Shown here in pieces: positions 20,190-30,066 of a DNA stretch of 44,234 nt (within the stretch, counting starts at the first letter, position 1; the number at the start of each line of letters is the position of its first letter). The notes below the pieces were generated by a model. The model was not told the DNA's origin and ran no database searches. It saw nothing but the letters and a program-made list of their open reading frames with translations. Origin of the DNA: an uncultured Muribaculaceae bacterium (lineage in GTDB: Bacteria > Bacillota_I > Bacilli_A > RF39 > UBA660); contig CAZKKR010000001.1 in the NCBI GenBank assembly GCA_964553605.1, forward strand, positions 14,956 through 59,189, given 5' to 3'. A program made the position numbers and the translations under genes.

Positions 20190-21048
20190 AAGAGCTTTAG
20201 GAAAAGGTCTAGAACAATTATTTGATCTAGATAACTTAAATGTTGAAAACGTAAGTGATTTTGAAAAAAACTTATATAAAGAAGTTAAAACTGAAGAAAT
20301 AGTTGAATTAGACGTTAATGAGCTAAGACCAAATCCATATCAACCAAGAACAGTGTTTAATGAAGATGCATTAAATGAACTTGCGGAATCAATTAAAGAA
20401 AATGGCGTTATCGAACCAATAATAGTTAAAAAAAGTATTAAAGGTTATGACGTGATTGCTGGAGAAAGAAGATTAAAAGCCAGTAAAATAGCTGGTAAAG
20501 AAACAATACCAGCAATCATTAGACAATTAAGTGATGAAAAGATGGCTGAAATTGCCTTACTTGAAAACTTACAAAGAGAAGACTTAACTGCCCTAGAAGA
20601 GGCTAGAGCATATAAAAGTTTAATTGAAAAACTAAATTTAACACAAGAACAACTAGCAAAAAAAGTAAGTAAAAGTAGAAGTCATATCACTAATATGCTA
20701 GGATTACTCAGACTTCCAAAAGAAGTTCAAGACATGATTCAAAATAAAAAACTTACTATGGGTCATGCCAGAGCCTTAAGCAAATTAGAAAATGAAGACG
20801 AAATTATAAAAATGGCTAAACAAATATCTGACGAAAAATTATCAGTAAGAACTACTGAAGAAAAGAGTTCAGATAAAAAACACGCTGTAAAAAGTCATAA
20901 AAGATATAATGAATATGAATATGTTCAAGACTTATTAAGAGAAAAATTAGATACAAAAGTAAAAATAAAAGATAAAAAGATAGAAATATCTTTCACAAAC
21001 ACAGCAGATTTAAACAGAATCCTTGAAATTTTTAATATAAAGGAGTGA
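20179..21048 (+). CDS. parB: ParB/Spo0J
   Basis: ALGKGL N-terminal peptide, PNPYQPR, IAGERR, ENLQREDL and HTH (KSRSHITN). Confidence 0.97.
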   Translation: MENRRALGKGLEQLFDLDNLNVENVSDFEKNLYKEVKTEEIVELDVNELRPNPYQPRTVFNEDALNELAESIKENGVIEPIIVKKSIKGYDVIAGERRLKASKIAGKETIPAIIRQLSDEKMAEIALLENLQREDLTALEEARAYKSLIEKLNLTQEQLAKKVSKSRSHITNMLGLLRLPKEVQDMIQNKKLTMGHARALSKLENEDEIIKMAKQISDEKLSVRTTEEKSSDKKHAVKSHKRYNEYEYVQDLLREKLDTKVKIKDKKIEISFTNTADLNRILEIFNIKE

Positions 21049-21052
21049 TATT

Positions 21053-21838
21053 TTGGCTGAATTTCAAAAACAATTAATAGAATCCATTATAATTGTTTTA
21101 ATCGTAGTAATCACGTATATTGGTGTAAAAAAATTTGCTACCAATATATTATTAAAAAAAGCTAAAAGAAAATCAGATAAAAGAGCTTTAACAACAATAA
21201 CTGTGACGACAAATGTCTTAAAATATTTACTATATATAGTTACCATATTAATAATCTTAGATGTTTGGGGAGTTGATACAAAAGCCCTCCTTGCTTCATT
21301 AGGAGTAGTCGGCGTTATTGTTGGTTTAGCCCTTCAAGATTTGTTAAAAGATATTATCGCTGGAATTGCTATATTAACTGAAGATCAATTCCAAGTTGGT
21401 GACAATATAAAAGTCGGAGACTTTAGAGGTGATGTAATTTCATTAGGCCTTAAAACAACCAAAATAAGAGCTTATTCGGGTGAAGTAAAAATAATATCAA
21501 ACCGAAATATTACAGAAGCTACAAACTATAGTCTAAAGGCTTCAAAAAGTGTCGTTGATATACCAACTTCATATAAAGATGATATTGATAAAGTAAAAAA
21601 AGCTATTGAAAAAGTGTGCGAAAAATTAAAAGATGAAGAGTACGTAACCGGTGAAATTGAAATGTTAGGGGTTGAAGATTTATCTGATAGTTCGGTAAAT
21701 ATAAGAGTAGTTGCCACTACTAAACCTACATACAATTATGCTTTTAAAAGAGCTTTCTTTGAAGAAATATTAAAAGAATTTAAAAAAGAAAAACTTACAA
21801 TACCTTATCCACAAGTGGAGGTTCACAATGAAAAATGA
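21053..21838 (+). CDS. mscS: MscS family mechanosensitive channel
   Basis: Three TMs, GLALQDLLKDIIAG, FQVGD.I and IPYPQ; TTG start with AGGAG RBS. Confidence 0.92.
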   Translation: MAEFQKQLIESIIIVLIVVITYIGVKKFATNILLKKAKRKSDKRALTTITVTTNVLKYLLYIVTILIILDVWGVDTKALLASLGVVGVIVGLALQDLLKDIIAGIAILTEDQFQVGDNIKVGDFRGDVISLGLKTTKIRAYSGEVKIISNRNITEATNYSLKASKSVVDIPTSYKDDIDKVKKAIEKVCEKLKDEEYVTGEIEMLGVEDLSDSSVNIRVVATTKPTYNYAFKRAFFEEILKEFKKEKLTIPYPQVEVHNEK

Positions 21839-22013
21839 TTACAAATTAGGAAGTATTGTCATAATGAAAAAGCAGCACCCTTGTGGAACAAATGAATGGG
21901 AAATAACCAGGATAGGGGCCGATATAAAAATAAAATGCACAGGCTGCGGCCGCAGCATAATGATGCCAAGAATAGAGTTTAATAAAAAATTAAAAAAAAT
22001 AAGTAAACTATAG
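21828..22013 (+). CDS. DUF951 family protein (YyzM-like)
   Basis: MKKQHPCG..WEITRIGADIKIKC..CGR. Confidence 0.93.
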   Translation: MKNDYKLGSIVIMKKQHPCGTNEWEITRIGADIKIKCTGCGRSIMMPRIEFNKKLKKISKL

Positions 22014-22022
22014 GAGGATAAA

Positions 22023-23534
22023 ATGAAAAAAAAGAGGAATATATTACTAGGACCAGTTATTACAATTATTATCCTTACTTTCGCTATCACAATTATCAGT
22101 AGTATATGTTCAGTGTTAGGTGTAGATGGCGAAGTAACAAAAGTAGCTAGTGGAAGTTTAGAAACTTCTATAGTTAGTGTAAAAAACATAATATCTAAAG
22201 ATGGTTTAAGATATTTCTTTAGTTCTCCAGTTGAAACATTCAAAAATTTTAAACCATTAGTTTTACTAATAATATCACTAATGGCTGTATCAATTGGTAA
22301 AGCTAGCGGATTATTTAAAGCTCTATTTACTCCACTTAGAACATTAAAACCAAGTGTAGTAACATTTTTAACTTTATTTGTCGGTATAGTATCATCTTTT
22401 GTTGGGGAATATGGATTTATATTAGTAATGCCATTAATCGCTGTTATATATCAGTATTTAGGTAAAAACTCGATGCTAGGAATACTAACTGCTTTTATTG
22501 GTGTTAGTATGGGATATGGGGCCGGATTAGTATTTAACTATGATGACTACCAGTTAGGATTACTTACAAAAGAAGCTGTAACTGTCGATGTAGATAAAGA
22601 TTATTTATTTAATGCTTGGTCAAATTCCTATGCAATGCTTGCTGCGACATTCATCTTATCGATAGTAGGAACAATAATCATAGAAACAATTTTAAAGCCA
22701 AAAGTAAAAGAAGCAATAAAAGAAGAAGATGAACTTGAGATTTCCAGAAAAGGACTAATATGGAGTTTAATTGCTTTTGTTATTTTATTATTAATAGCAA
22801 TATATACAATAATACCTGGACTTCCAGGATCTGGATTACTTTTAGATAATACCAAAGTAAGCTATGTTGAACAATTATTAGGAGAAAATGCACCATTCCA
22901 AGATGCCTTTGGATTTGTATTCTTAATAATAACCATGATATGTTCTGGAATATATGGAAAAATATCTAAAAACATTAAAAGCACAAATGACTTTAGTGTT
23001 GGCCTTTCAAAAGAGTTTGATAACCTAGGTTATATATTTATACTAATGTTCTTTGCCGCTTTAATGATAAGCATATTAAATTGGACAAATTTAGGAACTG
23101 TCGTTGGTTCATGGTTAATTTCATTTATGAGCAATCTTGAATTTACAGGATTACCGTTAATAATAACAATGTTCATAATAATTATATTAATGTCATTATT
23201 AATACCAGAGACGATAACCAAATGGCAAATCGCCTCACCAATATTAATACCACTATTTATGAAAGCTAACATTACCCCAGATTTTACTCAATTTATATTT
23301 AAAGCCGCAGATAGTGTGGGAAAAGGAATGACACCGTTCTTTGTATATTTCATAATCATGCTTGCGTTCCTAGAAAAATATAATAACAAAGAAACAAATA
23401 AAATAACCGTATTTGGAACTTTAAATCTACTTAGACCAGCTATTTTAATTTTTATGGTAGTGTGGCTTCTAATAGTAGTTGGTTGGTTTATCATGGGTCT
23501 TCCTTTAGGACCAAACATGACTCCAACTTTATAA
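22023..23534 (+). CDS. AbgT family transporter
   Basis: Multi-TM protein with VKNIISKDGLRY, F.NF.PL, KW.I.SPI.IPLFM and ADSV motifs. Confidence 0.85.
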   Translation: MKKKRNILLGPVITIIILTFAITIISSICSVLGVDGEVTKVASGSLETSIVSVKNIISKDGLRYFFSSPVETFKNFKPLVLLIISLMAVSIGKASGLFKALFTPLRTLKPSVVTFLTLFVGIVSSFVGEYGFILVMPLIAVIYQYLGKNSMLGILTAFIGVSMGYGAGLVFNYDDYQLGLLTKEAVTVDVDKDYLFNAWSNSYAMLAATFILSIVGTIIIETILKPKVKEAIKEEDELEISRKGLIWSLIAFVILLLIAIYTIIPGLPGSGLLLDNTKVSYVEQLLGENAPFQDAFGFVFLIITMICSGIYGKISKNIKSTNDFSVGLSKEFDNLGYIFILMFFAALMISILNWTNLGTVVGSWLISFMSNLEFTGLPLIITMFIIIILMSLLIPETITKWQIASPILIPLFMKANITPDFTQFIFKAADSVGKGMTPFFVYFIIMLAFLEKYNNKETNKITVFGTLNLLRPAILIFMVVWLLIVVGWFIMGLPLGPNMTPTL

Positions 23535-23561
23535 AGCAAATGATTATATCATTTGTTTTTT
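23535..23561 (+). terminator. intrinsic terminator
   Basis: GCAAATGAT-TAT-ATCATTTGT-TTTTT. Confidence 0.75.
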
Positions 23562-23624
23562 ATATGATAAGTAATTTTATTTACAAATAACTATCATTTT
23601 AGTATAATATTTGCGGTGATGAAA

Positions 23625-24722
23625 ATGAGTTTAACTGCTGGAATCGTTGGTCTTCCTAATGTTGGAAAATCAACTTTATTTAATGCCATAACAAAACAAA
23701 ATATATTAGCTGCAAATTATCCATTTGCGACAATAGAGCCAAATGTTGGAATCGTAATCGTACCAGATGAAAGAGTAGATTTTTTAAGTGAAATGTATAA
23801 TCCAAGAAAAACCATTCCTGCCACTTTCGAATTTACTGATATCGCTGGACTAGTTGCCGGAGCTTCTAAGGGTGAAGGATTAGGTAATAAATTTCTTTCC
23901 CACATTAGAGAAGTAGACGCTATATGCGAAGTTGTTAGATGCTTTGAAGATAGTAACATAACCCATGTATCAGGGGATATTAACCCAATTAGAGATGCCG
24001 AAATAATAAGTGTTGAACTAGAACTAGCTGATTTAGAAGTAATTGAAAATAGAATTTCTAGGATGGGAAAAAAAGCTAGACTGGCAAACGATAAAGAATC
24101 AATCAAAGAATTAGAATTACTTGAAAAAGTAAAGGAAAACTTAGAAAAAAATATTCCACCTAGAAATTTAAATTTAACAGAAGAAGAAATCAAAATATTA
24201 AAACCATTTAATTTATTAACTATAAAACCAATTATTTTTGTGGCTAACGTAAGTGAAAATGATATTAATGAAGATAATGAATATGTAAAAAAATTAAAAG
24301 AATATGCCGAAAAAGAAAATGCTGAAGTAGTTAAAATAAGTGCCAAAATAGAAGAAGAACTAGCCGATCTATCAGATGAAGATAAAAAAGAATTTTTAGA
24401 AGACTTAGGAATTAAAGAAAGTGGATTAGATAAGTTAATTAAAAGTTCTTATAAATTACTAGGCTTATCTACCTTCTTAACAGCTGGTGAAGATGAAGTA
24501 AAAGCCTGGACTTTTAAAAACGGTATGAAAGCTCCAGAATGTGCGGGAATAATCCATACAGACTTTCAAAAAGGATTTATTAAAGCAGAAGTAATGAGCT
24601 TTAATGATTTAAAACAGTTAGGTAGTGAGCTTAAAGTAAAAGAAGCCGGAAAACTAAGATTAGAGGGTAAAGATTACGTCATGCAAGATGGCGACATATG
24701 CCTATTTAGATTCAATGTATAA
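23625..24722 (+). CDS. ychF: redox-regulated ATPase YchF
   Basis: GIVGLPNVGKST, ANYPFATIEPN, DIAGLV, IHTDF and GKDY.MQDGD motifs. Confidence 0.98.
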   Translation: MSLTAGIVGLPNVGKSTLFNAITKQNILAANYPFATIEPNVGIVIVPDERVDFLSEMYNPRKTIPATFEFTDIAGLVAGASKGEGLGNKFLSHIREVDAICEVVRCFEDSNITHVSGDINPIRDAEIISVELELADLEVIENRISRMGKKARLANDKESIKELELLEKVKENLEKNIPPRNLNLTEEEIKILKPFNLLTIKPIIFVANVSENDINEDNEYVKKLKEYAEKENAEVVKISAKIEEELADLSDEDKKEFLEDLGIKESGLDKLIKSSYKLLGLSTFLTAGEDEVKAWTFKNGMKAPECAGIIHTDFQKGFIKAEVMSFNDLKQLGSELKVKEAGKLRLEGKDYVMQDGDICLFRFNV

Positions 24723-24747
24723 AAAATGAACAACAGTTCATTTTTTT
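24721..24747 (+). terminator. intrinsic terminator
   Basis: AAAAAATGAAC-AACA-GTTCATTTTTTT. Confidence 0.75.
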
Positions 24748-24802
24748 AAATAAAATAAAGAATATTTGTTTACTTTTCAAATATAATTTGTTATAATCTA
24801 TA

Positions 24803-24860
24803 GCGAGTAATTAATTTACTCCTTGCTTCTAAAAAGAAGCCAATAGACCACAAGGAGGTG
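24803..24860 (+). promoter_or_regulatory. S6:S18 ribosomal protein leader (autogenous cis-regulatory RNA)
   Basis: CTCCTTG (24819-24825) pairs with CAAGGAG (24851-24857), sequestering the RBS. Inner hairpin GCTTC-TAAAAA-GAAGC with CCA in the linker; directly upstream of rpsF. Confidence 0.8.
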
Positions 24861-24865
24861 TAAAA

Positions 24866-25156
24866 ATGAAACATTATGAAATTATGTTTATCGTAAGACC
24901 AACTTTAGGAGAAGATGAAGCAAAAAAAGTAGTTAAAGATTTTGCTGAAACTATCAAGAAAAACGGTTCTAAAGTAACAGATGAACAAGCTATGGGACAA
25001 AAAGAACTTGCTTACGAAATAAAAGATTTCAAAAGCGGATATTACTTTGTGTTTCAAGTAGAAGGTAAAGATGATAAAGCAATTAAAGAATTCGATCGTT
25101 TAGCCCTTATCAGCAAAGATATAATTCGTCATTTAATTACAAAAATAGAAGACTAA
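24866..25156 (+). CDS. rpsF: 30S ribosomal protein S6
   Basis: [18 protein letters not shown] and IIRHLI motifs. Confidence 0.98.
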   Translation: MKHYEIMFIVRPTLGEDEAKKVVKDFAETIKKNGSKVTDEQAMGQKELAYEIKDFKSGYYFVFQVEGKDDKAIKEFDRLALISKDIIRHLITKIED

Positions 25157-25172
25157 GAAAAGAGGTATTTAT

Positions 25173-25628
25173 ATGAACAGAGTTTGTTTAGTTGGTAGGT
25201 TAACTGCTAAACCAGAATTAAGATATACAGGTTCTAATATTCCATACACTAGATTTTCTCTAGCTGTTAATAGAACTTTTAATAATTCCCAAGGAGAAAG
25301 AGAAGCCGATTTTATAAACATTGTTGTTTGGAGAAAACAAGCAGAAAATGTTGCAAATTATCTAGATAAAGGTAGTCAAGTATCAATCGAAGGTAGAATT
25401 CAAACAGGAAATTTCACTGATAAAGATGGAAATAAAAGGTACACAACCGATGTTGTTGCTGACTCTGTACAATTCTTAGAATCAAGAAGAAATAGAGAAA
25501 ATTCTACTCCATATGATTATGCTGATGCACCAGCACCAGAAGAACCACAAAATAGTGTTGATGTGGCTGATGATCCTTTCGCTGATTTTGGGGATAACGT
25601 TTCAATTGATGATAATTTTCTAGAATAA
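25173..25628 (+). CDS. ssb: single-stranded DNA-binding protein
   Basis: [27 protein letters not shown] and acidic tail. Confidence 0.98.
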   Translation: MNRVCLVGRLTAKPELRYTGSNIPYTRFSLAVNRTFNNSQGEREADFINIVVWRKQAENVANYLDKGSQVSIEGRIQTGNFTDKDGNKRYTTDVVADSVQFLESRRNRENSTPYDYADAPAPEEPQNSVDVADDPFADFGDNVSIDDNFLE

Positions 25629-25640
25629 AGGAGGATATAT

Positions 25641-25856
25641 ATGGCAGAATATCGTAGAAAAAAAAGAAAAGTATGCCAATTATGTGCCGGAAAAGAAATA
25701 ACATATAAAGATGAAAATATTAAAAAATATGTTAGTTTAGATAAAGGTAAAATATTACCAAGAAGAATTACAGGTACATGTGCTAAACACCAAAGATATG
25801 TCTCTGGTGAAGTTAAAAAAGCTAGATTTATGGCTTTATTACCATTCGTTAAATAA
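25641..25856 (+). CDS. rpsR: 30S ribosomal protein S18 (Zn-binding C+ form)
   Basis: [21 protein letters not shown] and ARFMALLPF motifs. Confidence 0.98.
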   Translation: MAEYRRKKRKVCQLCAGKEITYKDENIKKYVSLDKGKILPRRITGTCAKHQRYVSGEVKKARFMALLPFVK

Positions 25857-25909
25857 TACTTACATTTGTAAGTATTTTTTTTACACATAAAAAAAACACC
25901 GAAGTGTTT
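25855..25909. terminator. back-to-back terminators (rpsR on +, orphan on -)
   Basis: AATACTTACA-TT-TGTAAGTATT-T run; on the minus strand AAACAC-TTCG-GTGTTT-T run (UUCG tetraloop). Confidence 0.8.
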
Positions 25910-27236
25910 AAATTCTTTTAGTTTTTTCATCAGACGTTTGAACAATATTATTGTAATAAGCAAATAAACTAAATATATCAGAGATAGAATAATCACCAGA
26001 ACGTTTAAGTTCCAAAAAGCTTTGCCAAAAAGGTTCAAAAGATTCGTAATAACCATCATATATAGGGTCAAATATTTTAAATTCCTCACGCATCACGTCA
26101 ACGAGTTCATTACGAGAAACTGTAGCTTCTTCAAAAGAATCATACAAAGTCATATCCAAATCTATAACTGGTAAAAGAGGAAATTGTTTCTTTAATTCCA
26201 AAGCCTTCAAATAAAAAGGATTTAATTCCTTTGACCCATCAGTCACACAAAAAATACCAATTGGATCAAAGCCCTTTATCAAAATTTCATTATACCTATA
26301 AGTATCTCTAATTACATGATCCATCGATTGAACTATCGGCATAACCGTAGAAACTCGAAGATCTTCTTCCCTAAAACCTTTGTTTGAAACATGCAAATCT
26401 TCATTACAAGTCATTACAATATTCTCAGGATTTAAAATAAAACCATAAGGATGTCTAAAAGGACTATTGTGTTCACTAGTTAAAAGGGATGTTGAAATAT
26501 AATTCCCGCGGTAATCACCTTCCCAATCCAAAGAATAAGTTGAATGACATAAAAATTTAAAAGGAAGCCCTAACTTATATTCATAGGGATCAGTAAGTCT
26601 ATTTTTAAAATCATCTAAAATAATTTCTTGAATATCTTTGAATAAATCTTCTAATTTTTTAATATCAATAGGTTTTTGAGACAATAAATCGTCATACAAA
26701 GCACGGTATTTTTGAACGGCCTCTTCATCCAAAACATCACCTAAATCTTTTAACAAATCATCTTTAAAATTAATCATATCATTCAACTTACGAACAGAAA
26801 GCTGGAAGTCAAAAAAATTATCAAGATAAGAGATTAATTGTTCTAATTTAAACGCTTCCTCATCACTTACGCATTTTATAAAATAAGAGTTTAATATGGA
26901 AGCCTTTCTTTGTAAATAAATTGCATCTTTTGGTTTCAAAACAGAACTTATATCAAAACCAATACTTTCGAAATCTTTAGTGATTTTATCCAACTCTAAA
27001 GAAAAAGTATCAATATTAATATCATCTATACTTATTCTAATATAATCAAAAAGACGTGATAAATAATTTAAAAAAGTCGCTTGATTAATAATAACACAAT
27101 CATTATCTTCACACATCTTTTCAAAATCAAAAGTAGTCCATCTTTTATCAATAAAACTATCTAAATATCTCGCATAACTTTTACTAATTTTAATGTTTAT
27201 TTGACCGTTATCATAAACAAAAGAAATGTTTTCCAT
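25908..27236 (-). CDS. hypothetical protein with putative ADP-ribosyltransferase-like domain
   Basis: 442-aa ORF with AGGTGG RBS. Motifs FLCH, YISTSLL, YGFIL and YNEILI; the fold call is inference. Confidence 0.6.
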   Translation of the reverse strand: MENISFVYDNGQINIKISKSYARYLDSFIDKRWTTFDFEKMCEDNDCVIINQATFLNYLSRLFDYIRISIDDINIDTFSLELDKITKDFESIGFDISSVLKPKDAIYLQRKASILNSYFIKCVSDEEAFKLEQLISYLDNFFDFQLSVRKLNDMINFKDDLLKDLGDVLDEEAVQKYRALYDDLLSQKPIDIKKLEDLFKDIQEIILDDFKNRLTDPYEYKLGLPFKFLCHSTYSLDWEGDYRGNYISTSLLTSEHNSPFRHPYGFILNPENIVMTCNEDLHVSNKGFREEDLRVSTVMPIVQSMDHVIRDTYRYNEILIKGFDPIGIFCVTDGSKELNPFYLKALELKKQFPLLPVIDLDMTLYDSFEEATVSRNELVDVMREEFKIFDPIYDGYYESFEPFWQSFLELKRSGDYSISDIFSLFAYYNNIVQTSDEKTKRI

Positions 27237-27354
27237 AAAACCACCTTATTTTATATATAAAATAAAAATAAGAAAAAGTAAATACAAAATTTTAAAAAAA
27301 TCCCACCTTTTACACAAATACATGATATAATTATAAAAGATAAGGAGGAATAAA

Positions 27355-27873
27355 ATGAATAAAGAAGCTTCTTTAGAAGATATTGTAAAAAATGATTATC
27401 AAGAAAAAACAATATTAGATTTAAATATTCCTAATAAAAAAATTGGAGTAGCCAGTGATCATAGAGGTTATAAATTAAAACAAAAACTTACAAATTATTT
27501 AAATAAAAAAGGGTATACTGTTGTTGATTACGGATGTGATGACACCTCATCCCATGACTATCCCGAATATGGCTTTAAATTAGGAAAGGCTATTCAAAGT
27601 AGAGAGGTTGAACGAGGTATTGCCATTTGCGGTAGCGGAATTGGCATCAGTATCGCCTGCAATAAAGTAAAAGGTGTAAGATGCGCTAAAGTAAATAATA
27701 CAAAAGAGACAAAATATACCAGAAATGATAATGATGCAAACGTTATTGCTTTAAATGGTAATATGCCTTTATATAGAGCCAAAGATATAGTCGATGTATT
27801 TTTAAAAACGCCATTCAGTAATGAAGAAAGACATAAAAATAGAAACGAGATGTTAAATAATTACCATGATTAA
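27355..27873 (+). CDS. rpiB: ribose-5-phosphate isomerase B family
   Basis: ASDHRG, DYP, ICGSGIGISIACNK..GVRCA, NDANVI and RH..R motifs; N-terminal extension of about 28 aa. Confidence 0.93.
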   Translation: MNKEASLEDIVKNDYQEKTILDLNIPNKKIGVASDHRGYKLKQKLTNYLNKKGYTVVDYGCDDTSSHDYPEYGFKLGKAIQSREVERGIAICGSGIGISIACNKVKGVRCAKVNNTKETKYTRNDNDANVIALNGNMPLYRAKDIVDVFLKTPFSNEERHKNRNEMLNNYHD

Positions 27874-28060
27874 AATTGCCTTATACACTACAATTTTAAT
27901 AATTACTATTTGGGCATTAGAAAGCATCGATATTACCGGGCTATTTAAAAAAAACAGATATTATGAATCAAGGGTATTATATGTAATAATAAGTATGGCT
28001 TTAACTTATCTAGTAGTAAATTTTATATATGATTTTATAATTAGTGCAAAGATTATATAA
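27866..28060 (+). CDS. DUF1146 family membrane protein (YwzB-like)
   Basis: Two TMs, WAL.SI....FKK and LTYLVVNF motifs; synteny with spoIID. Confidence 0.85.
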   Translation: MIKIALYTTILIITIWALESIDITGLFKKNRYYESRVLYVIISMALTYLVVNFIYDFIISAKII

Positions 28061-28071
28061 AAGGAGGACTT

Positions 28072-28968
28072 ATGAAAAAGGTAGCTATTATTACTTTATT
28101 AGTATTACTAATACCTTTTTTTGTTACCAAAATTTTTACAAAAAAAGAAAATATTAAATATAAATTTATAAAAAATTGCATAATAAAAGTAAAAGATGAA
28201 AAAACAAACAAAATAATGGAAATACCGTTTGAAGAATATATTATCGGTGTAGTATCAGCCGAAATGGGACCAAGTTTTGAAATAGAAGCCTTGAAAGCGC
28301 AGGCTGTTGCTTCAAGAAGTTATGCCTTATATCATATGAATGGAAAAGAATATGACGTAACAAACACCACATCAAACCAAGTCTATTTAACAAATGAAGA
28401 TCTAAAAGAAAAATGGAAAAATAATTATCAAAAAAATATAAACAAAATAAAAAAAGCCGTAGAAGAGACAAAAGGAGAATATCTAACATATGAAGGCAAA
28501 GTCGCAAACACTTTGTTCTTCGCATCAAGCCCTGGAAAAACCGAAAACAGTGAAGAAGTTTTTGTTTCAAAAATGCCATATTTAAGAAGCGTTGGAAGCT
28601 CATGGGATGAAGATTTATTTGTAGATACAATAACCCTAGAAATAGAAGATTTTTATAAAAAGCTAAAACTTCCACCAAGTCCAACATTAAATATTGAAAT
28701 ATTAGAAAAAACAAGTACCGGAAGAATAAGAACTTTAAAAATAAATGGCACAGAAATTAAAGGACGCGATTTTGCTCAAAAACTAAATTTAAAATCAAAT
28801 TTTTTTGAAATAAGCAAAAATGAAAGCAAAATTACAATCATCACTAAAGGTTATGGACACGGAGTTGGTTTAAGTCAGTATGGAGCCAATGGCATGTCTA
28901 AAGAAGGAAAAAATTATAAAGAAATTCTTTCACACTACTATATAGGAACAGAAATAAAAAAAATGTAG
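28072..28968 (+). CDS. spoIID: stage II sporulation protein D (lytic transglycosylase)
   Basis: EEYIIGVVSAEM, EALKAQAVASRSY, QVY, PYLRSV, GYGHGVGLSQYGA and ILSHYY motifs. Confidence 0.95.
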   Translation: MKKVAIITLLVLLIPFFVTKIFTKKENIKYKFIKNCIIKVKDEKTNKIMEIPFEEYIIGVVSAEMGPSFEIEALKAQAVASRSYALYHMNGKEYDVTNTTSNQVYLTNEDLKEKWKNNYQKNINKIKKAVEETKGEYLTYEGKVANTLFFASSPGKTENSEEVFVSKMPYLRSVGSSWDEDLFVDTITLEIEDFYKKLKLPPSPTLNIEILEKTSTGRIRTLKINGTEIKGRDFAQKLNLKSNFFEISKNESKITIITKGYGHGVGLSQYGANGMSKEGKNYKEILSHYYIGTEIKKM

Positions 28969-28995
28969 TATATTTTTTTTAGTATTGTTCACACT
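28968..28995 (+). promoter_or_regulatory. putative sigmaF promoter of spoIIQ
   Basis: GTATA-N14-GTTCACACT, resembling the sigmaF consensus GYATA-~15-GGnnAnAnT. Confidence 0.5.
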
Positions 28996-29013
28996 TATAG
29001 TAGAGGTGAAAAA

Positions 29014-29667
29014 ATGGAAAAAAGAAGATTAAAAAAAGAAGTAATTTATGGCATATACATATGTATAACAGTCTTTGTATTAAGCCTAATTTATTATATT
29101 GACTTATCTAGTAAATCACTAAATAAAGAGATTAAAAAAGATGAGTATACATATGTCTCTAAATTATTTGATAATGGTATCAAATCAGTAGTAAAAACGC
29201 AAACCACACCAAAAGTTATAAGACCATACACAAATAGTGAGGTAAAAATAGTCAAAAATTTCTATGACTACAAAGGAGAAGAAAAAACTCAAGAAAATTC
29301 CATCATAAATTATGAAAACACCTACATGAAAAATAGTGGAACTATATATGGTGGAATTAATGATACCTTTGATGTCGTTTCAATATTAGATGGAAATGTA
29401 ACAAGCGTTAAAGAAGATAACTTACTGGGGAAAGTAGTTACCATAGCTCATGAAAACAACATAGTTACAAGTTACCAAAGTCTAAAAGAAGTAACCGTTA
29501 AAGAAGGCGATCAAGTAACTCAAGGTATGGTTATTGGAACAGCTGGCGAATCTAATTTAGAAAAAGATTTAGGTAATCATCTACTTTTTGAAATAAATGT
29601 TGATGGTAATTACATAAATCCTGAAAATTGTTTCGACAAACAAATAACTGAATTAAAAAATAACTAG
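29014..29667 (+). CDS. spoIIQ: SpoIIQ-like degenerate M23/LytM protein
   Basis: N-terminal TM, FYD....E.QE, FDV.S..DG.V..V..D.LLG, T.YQSL, HL.FE..; lacks HxxxD; lies between spoIID and spoIIID. Confidence 0.85.
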   Translation: MEKRRLKKEVIYGIYICITVFVLSLIYYIDLSSKSLNKEIKKDEYTYVSKLFDNGIKSVVKTQTTPKVIRPYTNSEVKIVKNFYDYKGEEKTQENSIINYENTYMKNSGTIYGGINDTFDVVSILDGNVTSVKEDNLLGKVVTIAHENNIVTSYQSLKEVTVKEGDQVTQGMVIGTAGESNLEKDLGNHLLFEINVDGNYINPENCFDKQITELKNN

Positions 29668-29687
29668 AATAATAATTCTAGTTTTTA
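29661..29687 (+). terminator. intrinsic terminator
   Basis: AACTAGAAT-AATA-ATTCTAGTT-TTT. Confidence 0.7.
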
Positions 29688-29756
29688 TGTAGAAAAAACT
29701 CCTTTAAAAGCATTAAAAAAAATCACAAATATATACTTAATTAAAGGAGGTATTTC

Positions 29757-30005
29757 TTGAAAAATAGTATCAAAGAAAGAGTGTTAGTAGAAGCTAATCA
29801 CATGATAAAAACAAACGAAACCATAAGAGAAATAGGGCGCACTTACAACATTTCCAAAAGTACAGTCCATAAAGACCTTAAAGAAAGATTGAAACAAATA
29901 GATTTAAATTTATATGAAGAAGTAAATAAGATAATAAAAAATCACATAAGCACAAGACATATTAAAGGTGGCCAGTCTACCAAAAAAAAGTATCTAAAAA
30001 TGTGA
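29757..30005 (+). CDS. spoIIID: sporulation transcription regulator SpoIIID
   Basis: TIR......ISKSTVHKDL.ERL and RHIKGG.STK.KY; TTG start after AAAGGAGG. Confidence 0.96.
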   Translation: MKNSIKERVLVEANHMIKTNETIREIGRTYNISKSTVHKDLKERLKQIDLNLYEEVNKIIKNHISTRHIKGGQSTKKKYLKM

Positions 30006-30066
30006 GTAATATATATAAAAAGAAAAATATCTGTGCTATAATATATAAAGGGAAAAGGTGATAAGA

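Noticed and set aside
19323-21048. parS site near parAB
   Set aside because: No TGTTNCACGTGAAACA-like palindrome was seen by eye.
29632-29638. Spo0A box (TTCGACA) upstream of spoIIID
   Set aside because: A single 7-mer inside spoIIQ coding sequence; compatible with chance.
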